A stretch of DNA of 64,000 bases from an uncultured Ktedonobacterales bacterium (GTDB lineage Bacteria > Chloroflexota > Ktedonobacteria > Ktedonobacterales > JADMIN01): positions 2,217-66,216 of the forward strand of contig CAYRVF010000001.1 in assembly GCA_964427535.1 (NCBI GenBank), written 5' to 3'. The first letter of the stretch is position 1. Every line of letters starts with the position of its first letter. The notes beneath the pieces were generated by a model. That model searched no databases. It was given only the letters and a program-made list of their open reading frames with translations, and was not told the DNA's origin. The position numbers and the translations under genes are program-made. Shown in pieces: positions 18,818 through 28,663 of the stretch.

Positions 18818-21149
18818 CGGTTCCTCGCAATGCCACTTCCGTCACGACACGCGTGCCCCCACGTGCAGCGGACTCTACACTCACCCGTCCGTTCCAGGGA
18901 CGCACTCGCTCGCGCATGCCCAACAGTCCCAGGTGCGGTGACGAGTCTGGCGTGCTCGCGGGAGCAGCATTGCTCAGGATGCCTTTTCCGTCGTCGGCAA
19001 TGCGAAGCCAGACCCTTCGTTCATCGCGTCCGAGCACAACCCACACCTGATTAGCATAGGCGTGTTTGAGACAATTGGTGAGCGCCTCCTGTGCAATCCG
19101 GTACAGCGCGACTTCTAAATCGGCCTGGAGGCGCCCGAAAGCGATTGGCGACTCACATTCGACGATCAGACTCGCCGCCAGCTCGGAGCGTGCGGACAGA
19201 TCGCTCACCAACCATTCGAGTGCGGGGATGAGCCCAAGATCATCCAGCATCGGCGGCCGCAAGCCAGCGCAGATTGCCCGCAATGAAAAGCCGATCTCCT
19301 CCACTCCCTGCCGACTCCGCAGGCACTGTGGACAGGATGAGACATCGCTCATCTCACGCTTGAGCAGAATTGCGCGCTGCAAGGGATCATCGTGTACATC
19401 CAGCGCAATGCGTCGGCGCTCATCTTCCTGGACCTCCATCAGTCGTGTTGTGAGCGCCGCCAGCTCATGCTCGCGCTCCGCCAGCGCCGCCACCTGTCGT
19501 TCCAGGCTGCGCGTCAGGAGCGCATTCTGGAGTGCCGTCCCCACGAGGGGAGCAACGGTGGCAATAAGCAGCCGGTCGTCGTGCAGCAGTTCCGTGTCAT
19601 GGCGTTTCGGGCCGACAGCCAGTGTCCCAACGAATTCACTTTCAGACGTCAGAGGGATGAACAACTGAGTGGGATCACTGCCCTCGGCGCTGATATTCGC
19701 GGTTAGTGCCTCATGTGATGCGCTCGCTGGTAGCGCATGTGGTGCGCGGTCTCCGCAGCAGTACTGAGCTTGCGGTTCCTCCGACGACCCGAGGGTAATC
19801 GCCGCCCAGCGCAGATCGAGCAACTGCATGAGCCGCCGGAGGATGTGCGTCGCAATGGCCTCGACACCGTGTAGGTGAACTATTTCGTTGCTGAGTTGTT
19901 CGAGGGCGGCGGCATAGTCATAGACATCGTGGAACAGAAACCGCTCCAGGAGGCAGCGCAGGTAATACTGGGCTGGCGGGAATGTGGACGCAATCAGCAA
20001 GACCGCCAGCACGCTCCAAGGCAGCACGGATAGATGCCAGTTCGGGCCGATCACGGCATGGTAGAACAGGCTCAGGCCCAGGGCGTAGACGCTCAGGAGT
20101 GCTGCCCAGACAGTAAGTGCCACGAAGCTGCGCCTCGCCAGACGCGTGATGTCCGAGAACTGCCATCCGAGCACGGCCGTTCCCAGGCCAATAGGGATCA
20201 GCACAATGCTGATCACCGCGCTATCGACCGTCGCGAGCGGCTTGATGTCGAATAGTGGCGGCACGATGATGAGCAGGTAGAATGGTGCTAACCCAGCGAG
20301 CATCCCAAGCGCAACGATCGCCAGTGCGGGCCGGGCTGTCTGATGGGCTGACTTCTGAACCAGAGCAGAGATGGCGACCACGCCGGCTGCGATGAAATCT
20401 ACACCCATGAGAGCGAGCTCTGTGGGCAGTAGCCACTCGAATGCTGCCGGGTCGAAGATGACAACCCAGGCATACAATCCGACAAGCACGGCGGACACGC
20501 CCAGGCAACACGCCGCTGCCGCCCTCCCCCAGCGACGTGTGAGATGGTTGACGGGAAATGCGAGAAACAGCAGGAAGACGCTGGCCGCAAAGCTGATGAC
20601 GGCGACGTGTTCGATTGCAAGCGTCCAGCTTGCCCCGAAGGGGGTTGCGATACCGGCAACAAGCGCAACTGCACTGGAGAGGGACAGTCCGAGGATAATG
20701 TATCCAGTGATCAGGTCCATACCCAGCAGAAAAATGGCAACCCCGACTGCCATGAACCATGCGGCGAGTACGAGGAAGGAAAACCGGCGGCCGTTCGAAA
20801 CACTCCTCGCCGCGTCAACAGAGGCAGGAATCATTCTCCCTGTCTGTGAACGCACACGAACACTGGTAGCTCCAGCGACCGCCGCCGGACTGGTGGGTGG
20901 CGTGACGGCGCGCCCATTGATGTCAGTGACCACAGCACCACGTCGGATACCCGCATCCCATGCGCTCCCCGCCGGCTGGACCCAACTGATGACCAGCTTC
21001 GCCTGTTGCTCGCTGGCCCGCAGTCCGAGCAGAGCATCTTGCGATGTCGCCTTGAGACAGAGTTGTCCGAGCGCCAGCCATACGACAAGGCACGTCGCTG
21101 CGATAGCCCACCGGCGCGCGTCCACTGGAAGGAGACGAGTAACCATCAT
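18771..21149 (-). CDS. Membrane sensor histidine kinase: N-terminal PDZ-like domain, ~8-10 TM helices, GAF-like domain, HisKA_3 + HATPase_c
   Basis: 792 aa. The string VQPAGSAWDAGIRRGAVVTDINGRAV is PDZ-like and is followed by a long polytopic region. H-box RIALDVHDDPLQ, N-box EALTNCLKHA, G1 DDGKG, G2 GLLGMRERV. Confidence 0.85.
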   Translation of the reverse strand: MMVTRLLPVDARRWAIAATCLVVWLALGQLCLKATSQDALLGLRASEQQAKLVISWVQPAGSAWDAGIRRGAVVTDINGRAVTPPTSPAAVAGATSVRVRSQTGRMIPASVDAARSVSNGRRFSFLVLAAWFMAVGVAIFLLGMDLITGYIILGLSLSSAVALVAGIATPFGASWTLAIEHVAVISFAASVFLLFLAFPVNHLTRRWGRAAAACCLGVSAVLVGLYAWVVIFDPAAFEWLLPTELALMGVDFIAAGVVAISALVQKSAHQTARPALAIVALGMLAGLAPFYLLIIVPPLFDIKPLATVDSAVISIVLIPIGLGTAVLGWQFSDITRLARRSFVALTVWAALLSVYALGLSLFYHAVIGPNWHLSVLPWSVLAVLLIASTFPPAQYYLRCLLERFLFHDVYDYAAALEQLSNEIVHLHGVEAIATHILRRLMQLLDLRWAAITLGSSEEPQAQYCCGDRAPHALPASASHEALTANISAEGSDPTQLFIPLTSESEFVGTLAVGPKRHDTELLHDDRLLIATVAPLVGTALQNALLTRSLERQVAALAEREHELAALTTRLMEVQEDERRRIALDVHDDPLQRAILLKREMSDVSSCPQCLRSRQGVEEIGFSLRAICAGLRPPMLDDLGLIPALEWLVSDLSARSELAASLIVECESPIAFGRLQADLEVALYRIAQEALTNCLKHAYANQVWVVLGRDERRVWLRIADDGKGILSNAAPASTPDSSPHLGLLGMRERVRPWNGRVSVESAARGGTRVVTEVALRGTDEHIQPTMAYQSAHR

Positions 21150-22135
21150 GATGTGCCTCTCGGCGCGGGTCGTCCGGAGACTGACGGCACTAAGCGGCGC
21201 AATCTATAGACCTCGCCACACCCGCTCACCTGTGCGAGTGTTCGCAGTGCATGGAATGCCTGCTGCCGGTAGGTATGGGCAAGAACCCATCCGTAATGGA
21301 GGGCGCCCATCTCACCGAGCGCGGCAACGACCGCCTGTTCCTCCTCGGCATTCGGCACGTGTGGGGCGCGATACCAGTCGAGTATGAGTGTGTTGCCCTC
21401 GGCAGCCGCGCAGCGGAGGGCGTAGGCAACGGGAAGCGTTTTCTTCTTGCGTCGCAGGTCACTCCCACGGCACGAGGACGTACTATCGAGACCTGTCAGA
21501 TCATTGAGCAATTGGGCGACCATGCCGACGTGGCCGCCGAAATTACCAGCAGCCCGCTCCAGTGCCGGGTCATCGGTGGCAAGGGCCGCACCGACCTCAC
21601 AGGCCATCGCGACCAGCGAGCCAGACTTGCGCTGTGTCATCTGGCACGCCAGCTCTTCGTCTCCGACCGGCAGGGCTTCCAGCAGCAGGTCCAGATCCTC
21701 ACCCTCACTTGCGGCAAGGTAACCATGCGTGATGAGATTGCCGATGCGCTGGGCGTGATCGATGTCTAGGCACTCGGCAAGATGCCTCAGAGAGCGCTGG
21801 ACGAGCCAGATCAACGCGCTACTCGCATTGATGGCGCGAGCAGGCGTAATGCCCTGCTCGTTCCAATCATCGTCGACCACGTCGTCGACCACATCGGCCG
21901 CCGCGATCGAGAATTCGACGGCAGTCGCGCCCCACACGGCCGCATCCATGTCACCTCCGAGCACGGCACAGGTCTTGAGCACAAACGCTGGCCACTTGGC
22001 GCACGGCGGGGTAGCAAGCACGCGGCCCGGGCGCGCCATCAGATGGAGCAACAGATCACTGAACGCCGGGGTAAGCCTTTCCTCAGCGATCACCTGGCGG
22101 ACCGCTGCCTCAACCTGGGGGAAAGATCGACCCAT
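21146..22135 (-). CDS. Polyprenyl-synthetase-family (trans-isoprenyl diphosphate synthase fold) protein with degenerate second Asp-rich motif
   Basis: The first motif is present (AAADVVDDVVDDD). KSGSLVAMACEVGAALA and GSDLRRKKKTLPV match family positions. The second DDxxD position reads AQLLNDLTGLD. Its stop overlaps the kinase start (ATGA), and its start is preceded by GGAGG 11 nt after the upstream small ORF. Confidence 0.7.
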   Translation of the reverse strand: MGRSFPQVEAAVRQVIAEERLTPAFSDLLLHLMARPGRVLATPPCAKWPAFVLKTCAVLGGDMDAAVWGATAVEFSIAAADVVDDVVDDDWNEQGITPARAINASSALIWLVQRSLRHLAECLDIDHAQRIGNLITHGYLAASEGEDLDLLLEALPVGDEELACQMTQRKSGSLVAMACEVGAALATDDPALERAAGNFGGHVGMVAQLLNDLTGLDSTSSCRGSDLRRKKKTLPVAYALRCAAAEGNTLILDWYRAPHVPNAEEEQAVVAALGEMGALHYGWVLAHTYRQQAFHALRTLAQVSGCGEVYRLRRLVPSVSGRPAPRGTS

Positions 22136-22146
22136 CGGAGCCTCCG

Positions 22147-22395
22147 CTAGCTAGCTGCGGTCTCCCGGTGTGTTTCCGTGGCAGAGGCAAAGAACCATTC
22201 CTCCGGACTGAGCGCCGGGATGAGGGCACTGATATCACCATTCAGGCGCCGCATGGCACGCTGCAGTGCGCGAACAGACGCTCGCTGGTCTGCCGACAGT
22301 CGCGCCAAGGAGTCACGGTACAGGGGCGACGGTGATACGGAGGCGCCATCCCGCAGCATGTTGCGAACTACATCATGCAAAGTCGTCACATCCAT
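22147..22395 (-). CDS. Small (82 aa) predicted helical protein, first gene of the synthase-kinase-regulator operon; function unknown
   Basis: ATG 22395 is preceded by AGGAGAG with a 6-nt spacer. The track start at 22449 is a GTG. No family was recognised. C-terminus ..LSPEEWFFASATETHRETAAS. Confidence 0.5.
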   Translation of the reverse strand: MDVTTLHDVVRNMLRDGASVSPSPLYRDSLARLSADQRASVRALQRAMRRLNGDISALIPALSPEEWFFASATETHRETAAS

Positions 22396-22758
22396 AGGGG
22401 ACTCTCCTGCGTCTCTCATCACGGCATCCCTGCGGGGCGCGTGTGTCACGGCTGCGACATGGCCGGTATAGCATCGGGTCGCAATCTCAGCAAAATGGAA
22501 TCGTCCTAGTGGGAACTAGGCAATTCACCCATGCTCAATGGGGCATGGCATCGCGGCGCGACACGTTGCACACACGAACCCGGACCTGTGCTCTCCACCA
22601 CCCCCACCCCAACCATCCTCACGTTGCGCTGCACACGTCACCAGACGCTGCCGTCGCTTCGCATATGGCACCAGCGCGTTCAGCGTGGAGGCGTGGGCTG
22701 ACAATCACCACCCGGGCAGATGTGGAAGTCGGGTGATGTGCTCTCTGCGACTCAGCGA

Positions 22759-24144
22759 TCAGTCCCGCACACGAAGCATGGTATTGGCATCAACGCTGTT
22801 ATGGCTAGGCGAGCCTGCCGGACAGTAGGCTGTGGGATGGGGACGGCCGATCCCGCAGTAGCGAAATCCCAGGCGTGTCATCTCGGCTGCATCGAAGAGG
22901 TTGCGCCCATCTACCAGCACAGGGGTTCGCATGATCTCGCGTAAACGCAGCAAGTTGAGCTGGCGGAACACCTTCCACTCCGTGACCACGACTACACCCT
23001 CGCAGCCCTCGGCCGCTTGGTAGGCATCGGCGCAGTACGTGATCGCGTAGTCGCACATGGCCTTGCGGGCGTTCGTCATCGCGACGGGGTCGTACGCTCG
23101 CACCTCCGCCCCTGCCTCCAGAAGCCAGCCGATGATGTCGATGGCGGGTGCGTCGCGCATGTCGTCGGTATTCTCTTTGAACGCCAGCCCAAGCACGCCG
23201 ATGCGCCGGCCCGCCAGATCGCCCAGTTCCTCCTGCAGCTTGGTGATCGCCAGACGCCGCTGATCAGTGTTGATGACCATGACGGCTTCGAGCAGCTGGG
23301 GATGCAGGCCAGCCTGACCGGCCATGTGCGCCAGTGCCCGTACGTCTTTGGGAAAGCACGAGCCCCCATAGCCGAGACCGGCGTCGAGAAAGGCGCGGCC
23401 GATGCGCCGATCGTAGCCCATCCCCGCAGCCACCTCCGTGACATCGGCCCCCAACCGCTCACAGATGCGCGCCATCTCGTTGATGAAACTGATCTTCGTC
23501 GCCAGGAAGGCATTGGAGGCATACTTGATCATCTCGGCCGTGTAGAGATCGGTAATCACGATCGGTGCGCGCAGGGGCAGGTAGAGCTCTGCGACCCGCT
23601 GGGCGGCAGCACGATCGGTGGAGCCGAGCACGACGCGATCCGGCGCGAGGAAGTCCTGCACAGCCGAGCCTTCACGCAGGAACTCAGGATTGGAGACCAC
23701 GGCGATGCGAAGCTCGGGATCCCGCATATGCTCGTTGACAATCGAGGACACCAGATCCCCGCTGCCCACCGGCATCGTGCTCTTGTTGATAATAATGGCC
23801 GGATGATCCAGATGCTGCGCAATCATGCGCGCGGCGGCCTCGACGTACTGCATGTCGGCACCCGCGCTGCCGGGTGCTGTGGGCGTGTTGACCGCGATAA
23901 AGATGAAGTCGGCACCAGTCAGCGCGTCGGCGTAGTTCGTCGTAAAATGCAGCCGGTCAGCCTGAACGTTCATCTCGACCAGCGGTGCGAGGCCTGGCTC
24001 GTATATCGGCAGCTCACCCGCGTCGAGACGCACGATCTTCTCAGCAGCCACATCCATACATGTAACCCGGTTGCCCAGGCTCGCGAAGCATGCGCCAGTC
24101 ACCAGCCCGACATACCCTGTGCCCACAACACAGATCGTACTCAT
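22759..24144 (-). CDS. ugd: UDP-glucose (or UDP-N-acetylhexosamine) 6-dehydrogenase
   Basis: [21 protein letters not shown] (NAD fold) and the catalytic [14 protein letters not shown]. The start is set at ATG 24144. Confidence 0.9.
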   Translation of the reverse strand: MSTICVVGTGYVGLVTGACFASLGNRVTCMDVAAEKIVRLDAGELPIYEPGLAPLVEMNVQADRLHFTTNYADALTGADFIFIAVNTPTAPGSAGADMQYVEAAARMIAQHLDHPAIIINKSTMPVGSGDLVSSIVNEHMRDPELRIAVVSNPEFLREGSAVQDFLAPDRVVLGSTDRAAAQRVAELYLPLRAPIVITDLYTAEMIKYASNAFLATKISFINEMARICERLGADVTEVAAGMGYDRRIGRAFLDAGLGYGGSCFPKDVRALAHMAGQAGLHPQLLEAVMVINTDQRRLAITKLQEELGDLAGRRIGVLGLAFKENTDDMRDAPAIDIIGWLLEAGAEVRAYDPVAMTNARKAMCDYAITYCADAYQAAEGCEGVVVVTEWKVFRQLNLLRLREIMRTPVLVDGRNLFDAAEMTRLGFRYCGIGRPHPTAYCPAGSPSHNSVDANTMLRVRD

Positions 24145-24213
24145 CTCCGTTCTCCTCGCGAGCCGTAGCGCCCACACGTCTGGCGCCCACACGTCTGGCG
24201 CACCACCAGCGCC

Positions 24214-25218
24214 TTACGTCGTCGCGCTCCTCGCCCAGGCGGGCCGTCTGGTGTCTGTCCCGCTGGCCTCGCCCTCCTGCGTCGCCAAGATACGACTCAG
24301 CGAAGCAAGCATCTCCTCGCGCATGGGCGAGTGCAAGGCGAGGGCAAGTTGTGTCTCCGCCAGCCCAAAGGGGACGCCCATGTCGTAGCGCTCGCCACAG
24401 GTCTCAAAGGCGAGGTAGGGCTCGTGCTCAGCGAGCAGCGCCTGCGCGGAGGTAAGCTGAAACTCGCCCCGCTCGCGCATCTCGTGGGCGATGATGTAGC
24501 TCAGGCACTCAAAGATCGCTGGGGTGAAGACCTGCATGCCGAAGAAGCAGAGATACTCACCCGGGCTCAGTCCGGGCGTGCGCAACTCCCGCTCCGCACG
24601 CTCAGGGGTAGGCTTCTCCACCATTGCCGTGACGTCATAGATGTTCGCCTCACCCGGCACTGGCTTGCCACGCACCGTCCCAAAGAAGTGTAGCAACCGC
24701 TCCGGCGTCCGTTTGACCGCCGACACGGTCTTGCTCATGCGATCGAACACCTCCACCACCTGCCGCGCACAGCGCCGACCCGCTGGATCCGTGGAAATGT
24801 AGACGTGATCGCCGAGCAACAGCAGGAAGGGCTCATCGCCGACCCACTCCCGTGCGCTGTAGACGGCGTGTCCGTAGCCCTCAGGCGAGGGCTGCGTGAC
24901 GTAATGCAGCACACGTTCCAGGCGGCCGAGCTGCTCGGATTCGCGTAAGGCCCAGTCCTTGCCGTCAAACGCCGGCAGGAGATCTGTCGAGAGGCCGCGA
25001 AAGTGCTGGCGATACCGCTCGGCATCGCCTGGTGCGGTGACAATGCAGATTTCCTCGATGCCTGCATCCAGCGCTTCCTCGGCAATGATCTGTACCGTCG
25101 GCTTGGTGAGACCGTCGATGTCGACGAGCGGAAACATCTCCTTCTGGACCGTCGTCGAAGCCGGATACTGGCGCGTTCCCCGTCCGGCCGCGGTGATGAC
25201 GGCCTTGCGAACCCGCAT
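24214..25218 (-). CDS. Sugar-1-phosphate nucleotidyltransferase (UTP-glucose-1-phosphate uridylyltransferase-like)
   Basis: N-terminal KAVITAAGRGTRQYPASTTVQKEMFPLVD (GxGTR pyrophosphorylase loop). 334 aa. Confidence 0.8.
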   Translation of the reverse strand: MRVRKAVITAAGRGTRQYPASTTVQKEMFPLVDIDGLTKPTVQIIAEEALDAGIEEICIVTAPGDAERYRQHFRGLSTDLLPAFDGKDWALRESEQLGRLERVLHYVTQPSPEGYGHAVYSAREWVGDEPFLLLLGDHVYISTDPAGRRCARQVVEVFDRMSKTVSAVKRTPERLLHFFGTVRGKPVPGEANIYDVTAMVEKPTPERAERELRTPGLSPGEYLCFFGMQVFTPAIFECLSYIIAHEMRERGEFQLTSAQALLAEHEPYLAFETCGERYDMGVPFGLAETQLALALHSPMREEMLASLSRILATQEGEASGTDTRRPAWARSATT

Positions 25219-25301
25219 CGTTGTGCTCCCCTCTGATGCAAGAGCCGTGTCGCCTGTCGACGGAGCCGTGGCAGGCGTTTCAGGCAGAAGGGCGGACGCA
25301 G

Positions 25302-25991
25302 CTATCCCGTCTCCTCGCCGTGGCTTCGACTCATGTCTGGTGTGCGGTCATAGGGACGGTAGTCATGCCCGTGCGGGGCGACGCCCGTCGTGCATGTCAG
25401 GTCGTCGACACGTTTCCTGACACGCCCTGGATTGCCGGTGACCAGCGACCGTGGCGGGATGTCATGCGTGACGACGGCGCCCGAGCCAATCACTGCATAC
25501 TCGCCAATGGTGACCATTGGCAGGATCGTGACGTTGACGCCCACCTGGACACCGCGTTGCAGCGTCGGGCCACGCATGCAGACGCTCGAGAACGCACACC
25601 CCGGGTGCAGATCGTTCGCGATCGTGACGCCCGGTGCCAGAAAGACATCGTCCTCGATCACAGTGAACTGGGCCACATAGCAGTTGGCGTGGATTTTGAC
25701 GTTGGAACTGATGCGACAGCCGTAGTCAATGGTGGTGTTGTTCCAGATCTGCACGTGGTCGCCCAAGCGGTTTTGCTCGCGCACGATCACATTGTGACCA
25801 GTCTGGAAGTCTGTGCCAATGGTCGAGCCAGCGTAGATCACGGTGCCGCTCCGCAGCCGAGCACGCGGTCCAATGCGGAGGGTTAAATCCTCGATGGTGC
25901 GCCCTGGCAGGTAGCCAATGAGGGCGGTTTCGTCGCAGTCGATCGCCGCGTCGAGGAGGAGCAGATGCGGCTCCGCGAGTCCACTCGTCAT
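25302..25991 (-). CDS. Left-handed beta-helix (hexapeptide) sugar N-acetyltransferase, WbpD-like
   Basis: Repeated hexapeptide pattern (..IGTDFQTGHNVIV..IWNNTTIDYGCRISSNVKIHANCYV..VTIGEYAVIGSGAVV). The start overlaps the upstream oxidoreductase stop (ATGA). Confidence 0.8.
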   Translation of the reverse strand: MTSGLAEPHLLLLDAAIDCDETALIGYLPGRTIEDLTLRIGPRARLRSGTVIYAGSTIGTDFQTGHNVIVREQNRLGDHVQIWNNTTIDYGCRISSNVKIHANCYVAQFTVIEDDVFLAPGVTIANDLHPGCAFSSVCMRGPTLQRGVQVGVNVTILPMVTIGEYAVIGSGAVVTHDIPPRSLVTGNPGRVRKRVDDLTCTTGVAPHGHDYRPYDRTPDMSRSHGEETG

Positions 25992-27070
25992 GTGCGCGCT
26001 CCCTGGATGTGTGACGAGCGCGTCCTGATTGCGGCGCCCACGTCATCCTGGGGGATGTCGACGAACGCGCCATCGGCGGCGAGGGAGGCATCCGCCGCTT
26101 CGAGCGTCCGCACGATTTGCACGCCATTCCGTCCATCGCTGAGCGGAGTCCGCCCTTCCAGAATCGCTTCCGCGAAGTGGTTGCACTCCACGGCCAGCGG
26201 CTCACTCCAGGGGAGATGCGGACTGACGACGTCACCATAGCGGTACGACAGCTGAAACTCGCCGAACGTCGAGGTGTGATCGGGGACATCAACGCCCCGG
26301 TTGTACACGCGGATCTTGTCGTTCATATCGACGTCGTCGTAGACCACCATCCGCTGATCGCCGACGAGGGTGAAGCGGCGGATTTTGGAGGGACTCAGCC
26401 AGCTCACATGAATCAGCGCGAGCATGCCATTGGGATACTGCAGAGTGAGTTGCACCACATCATTCACGTCGCGCCGCACATATGCACCACCATGCGCACT
26501 CACCCGCACAGGAGCAGCGCCAAAGACGTGCCCTAATATCGAGATGTCATGGGGTGCGAGATCCCAGATGACGTTGATATCCTTCTGGAAGAGACCCAGG
26601 CTGGCGCGGATCGCGTCCACGTAATAGACGCGCCCCAGCGCGCCACTCTGTACCAGCCGGCGGAGCTCCTCTACGGCCGGGTTATACATGAACGTGTGAC
26701 CGACCATGAGCACTCGGCCCTGCTGGATGGCGAGGGCGGCGAGTGCCTCGGCGCGCGCCGCGCTGTCCGCGAGGGGTTTCTCGACGAGGACGTGTTTGCC
26801 GCGTTCCAGGGCGGCCCGCGCCAGGTGATAATGCGTGCGGATGGGCGTGGCGATGACCACGGCATCGACGTCGCTGTTCAGCACTTCCTCAATACTCTCG
26901 GTTATCCGGGCGGAAGGATGATCCCAATGGGCCGCCTCGCGGCGTGCGGGAGAGAGGTCTGCCAGGTGTGTCACGCGGCCAAGAGGCAATCGGGAAAGGT
27001 TACGCGCCAAATGCGGTCCCCAATACCCATACCCGATAACTCCGAAACGGAGCCGGGAGTTCCCTGGCAT
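25988..27070 (-). CDS. Gfo/Idh/MocA-family NAD-dependent sugar oxidoreductase, WbpB-like
   Basis: LRFGVIGYGYWGPHLARN Rossmann start and HVLVEKPLA. The start is set at ATG 27070; the track start at 27307 adds 79 implausible residues. Confidence 0.85.
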   Translation of the reverse strand: MPGNSRLRFGVIGYGYWGPHLARNLSRLPLGRVTHLADLSPARREAAHWDHPSARITESIEEVLNSDVDAVVIATPIRTHYHLARAALERGKHVLVEKPLADSAARAEALAALAIQQGRVLMVGHTFMYNPAVEELRRLVQSGALGRVYYVDAIRASLGLFQKDINVIWDLAPHDISILGHVFGAAPVRVSAHGGAYVRRDVNDVVQLTLQYPNGMLALIHVSWLSPSKIRRFTLVGDQRMVVYDDVDMNDKIRVYNRGVDVPDHTSTFGEFQLSYRYGDVVSPHLPWSEPLAVECNHFAEAILEGRTPLSDGRNGVQIVRTLEAADASLAADGAFVDIPQDDVGAAIRTRSSHIQGART

Positions 27071-27649
27071 GGTGAGCGGAAGGTCATGAACCTCAACACT
27101 GATACGGTGAGTGTCTTCGCTTCCGTTCGCCAAGTGCTTGCCGAAATGATCGAGCATAGGACGCACCCCTCTGACTAAGCCAGCGCGTGACTCCTGCGAG
27201 TCATCAGCGCACAGTATTGACCGCGCGCCGTCTCCTGTGAATAGGTGGTGCGCGCCTGCCACGCAAGGTGCATCTACCTGTACGCATTCGGGTGATGCGC
27301 CCATCAACGTGGTGTCCGCAGACGGAACAAGCAGTGCGCCTCCAGCCCCCTGTCACGCACCTCTCAGCCTGGCGATGTGTGCCCGAGCACGCATGGCCCG
27401 CACCTGCCCACCATCGATCTGACCGCCTAGGCGGATGTCCCCTCCAGTGTGCCGATAGATCGCCCATGTACCGCTGTAGGCGACACGCATACGCTTCGGT
27501 GGGCCGATGCCTCGTGTCCTGAAGAGCAGGTCGAAAACACGGTCAGTGCCGTGTGCAGGTTCGACGCCGCCAGCACGGAGTGCCAGGGGCGCGACGGAAT
27601 CGGACACCGCACCATCCAGAATGAGTCTTGCAGCAAGGGGTAGGTATGC

Positions 27650-28663
27650 ATGGCAATACTTGTCACGGGGGGAGCTGGCTTCATCGGTTCTCACGTCGTC
27701 GAACGCCTGGTCGGGCGCGGTGACGAAGTCGTGGTGCTGGATGACTTCAACAACTACTACGATCCAAGCATCAAAGAGCGCAACCTGGCCGCACTGGCAA
27801 CCCATTCGCACCTGCACGTGATCCGTGGTGACGTTGCCGAACCGGATGACGTCGCCCGCGCATTTGCCGTGCGCCCAATCCACGCAATCATCCACTTAGC
27901 AGCTCGAGCAGGCGTGCGCCCATCTATAAGCGACCCCTTGCTGTATGAGCGTGTGAATATCCGCGGCACCCTGCTGATTCTTGAGCAAGGCAGGCGGGTA
28001 GGCGTAGGACGCGTTATTTTCGCCAGCTCGTCATCGGTCTATGGCGTGACCTCGACCGTACCCTTTCAGGAGTCCGATCCTGCTGATCGGGCGATTTCGC
28101 CGTATGCCGCGACAAAGCGTGCGGGCGAATTGCTTTGCCATACCTACCATCATCTCTACGGGATGCCCATCACCTGCCTGCGATTCTTTACGGTGTACGG
28201 CCCGCGCCAGCGCCCAGACCTCGCCATTCATAGCTTCACACGGAACATCTGGCTCGGTGAGCCCATCTCCGTGTTCGGTGACGGCAGCTCGGCCCGCGAC
28301 TACACCTACGTCAGCGACGTGGTCAGTGGGCTGGTCGCCGCGCTTGATCGTCCCGTGCCGTTCGGCTATGAAATCTTCAACCTCGGGAACTCCAGCCCGG
28401 TCGGGCTCGAAACCCTCATTCACCTCATCGAGAGCTCGTTGGGGCGCACCGCGATCCTGAAGCGCGCACCGAGCCAGCCGGGTGACGTCCACATCACCTA
28501 TGCCGGCATCAGCAAGGCGCAGCGTCTGCTGGGCTATCAGCCGCGAGTGTCGATCGAGGAGGGGATCGAGCGCTTCTGCTCCTGGTACCTGACAGAGTAC
28601 GAGCAGAGCCTGGCCATGGGCCTGAGCGGAGTGCCTCAGCAGCAGGATGCACTCGTACCATGA
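27650..28663 (+). CDS. UDP-glucuronate 4-epimerase (extended SDR)
   Basis: VTGGAGFIGSHV, the hallmark DDFNNYYDPSIKERNL, and the catalytic YAATKRAGE. Confidence 0.85.
   Translation: MAILVTGGAGFIGSHVVERLVGRGDEVVVLDDFNNYYDPSIKERNLAALATHSHLHVIRGDVAEPDDVARAFAVRPIHAIIHLAARAGVRPSISDPLLYERVNIRGTLLILEQGRRVGVGRVIFASSSSVYGVTSTVPFQESDPADRAISPYAATKRAGELLCHTYHHLYGMPITCLRFFTVYGPRQRPDLAIHSFTRNIWLGEPISVFGDGSSARDYTYVSDVVSGLVAALDRPVPFGYEIFNLGNSSPVGLETLIHLIESSLGRTAILKRAPSQPGDVHITYAGISKAQRLLGYQPRVSIEEGIERFCSWYLTEYEQSLAMGLSGVPQQQDALVP

Noticed and set aside
27071-27649. Divergent 580-nt region upstream of the oxidoreductase and the UDP-GlcA epimerase, examined for riboswitch-like structure and small ORFs (27237-27522)
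   Set aside because: Only weak, imperfect inverted repeats. The small ORFs lack RBS and codon bias. Nothing beyond an ordinary divergent promoter region can be supported.
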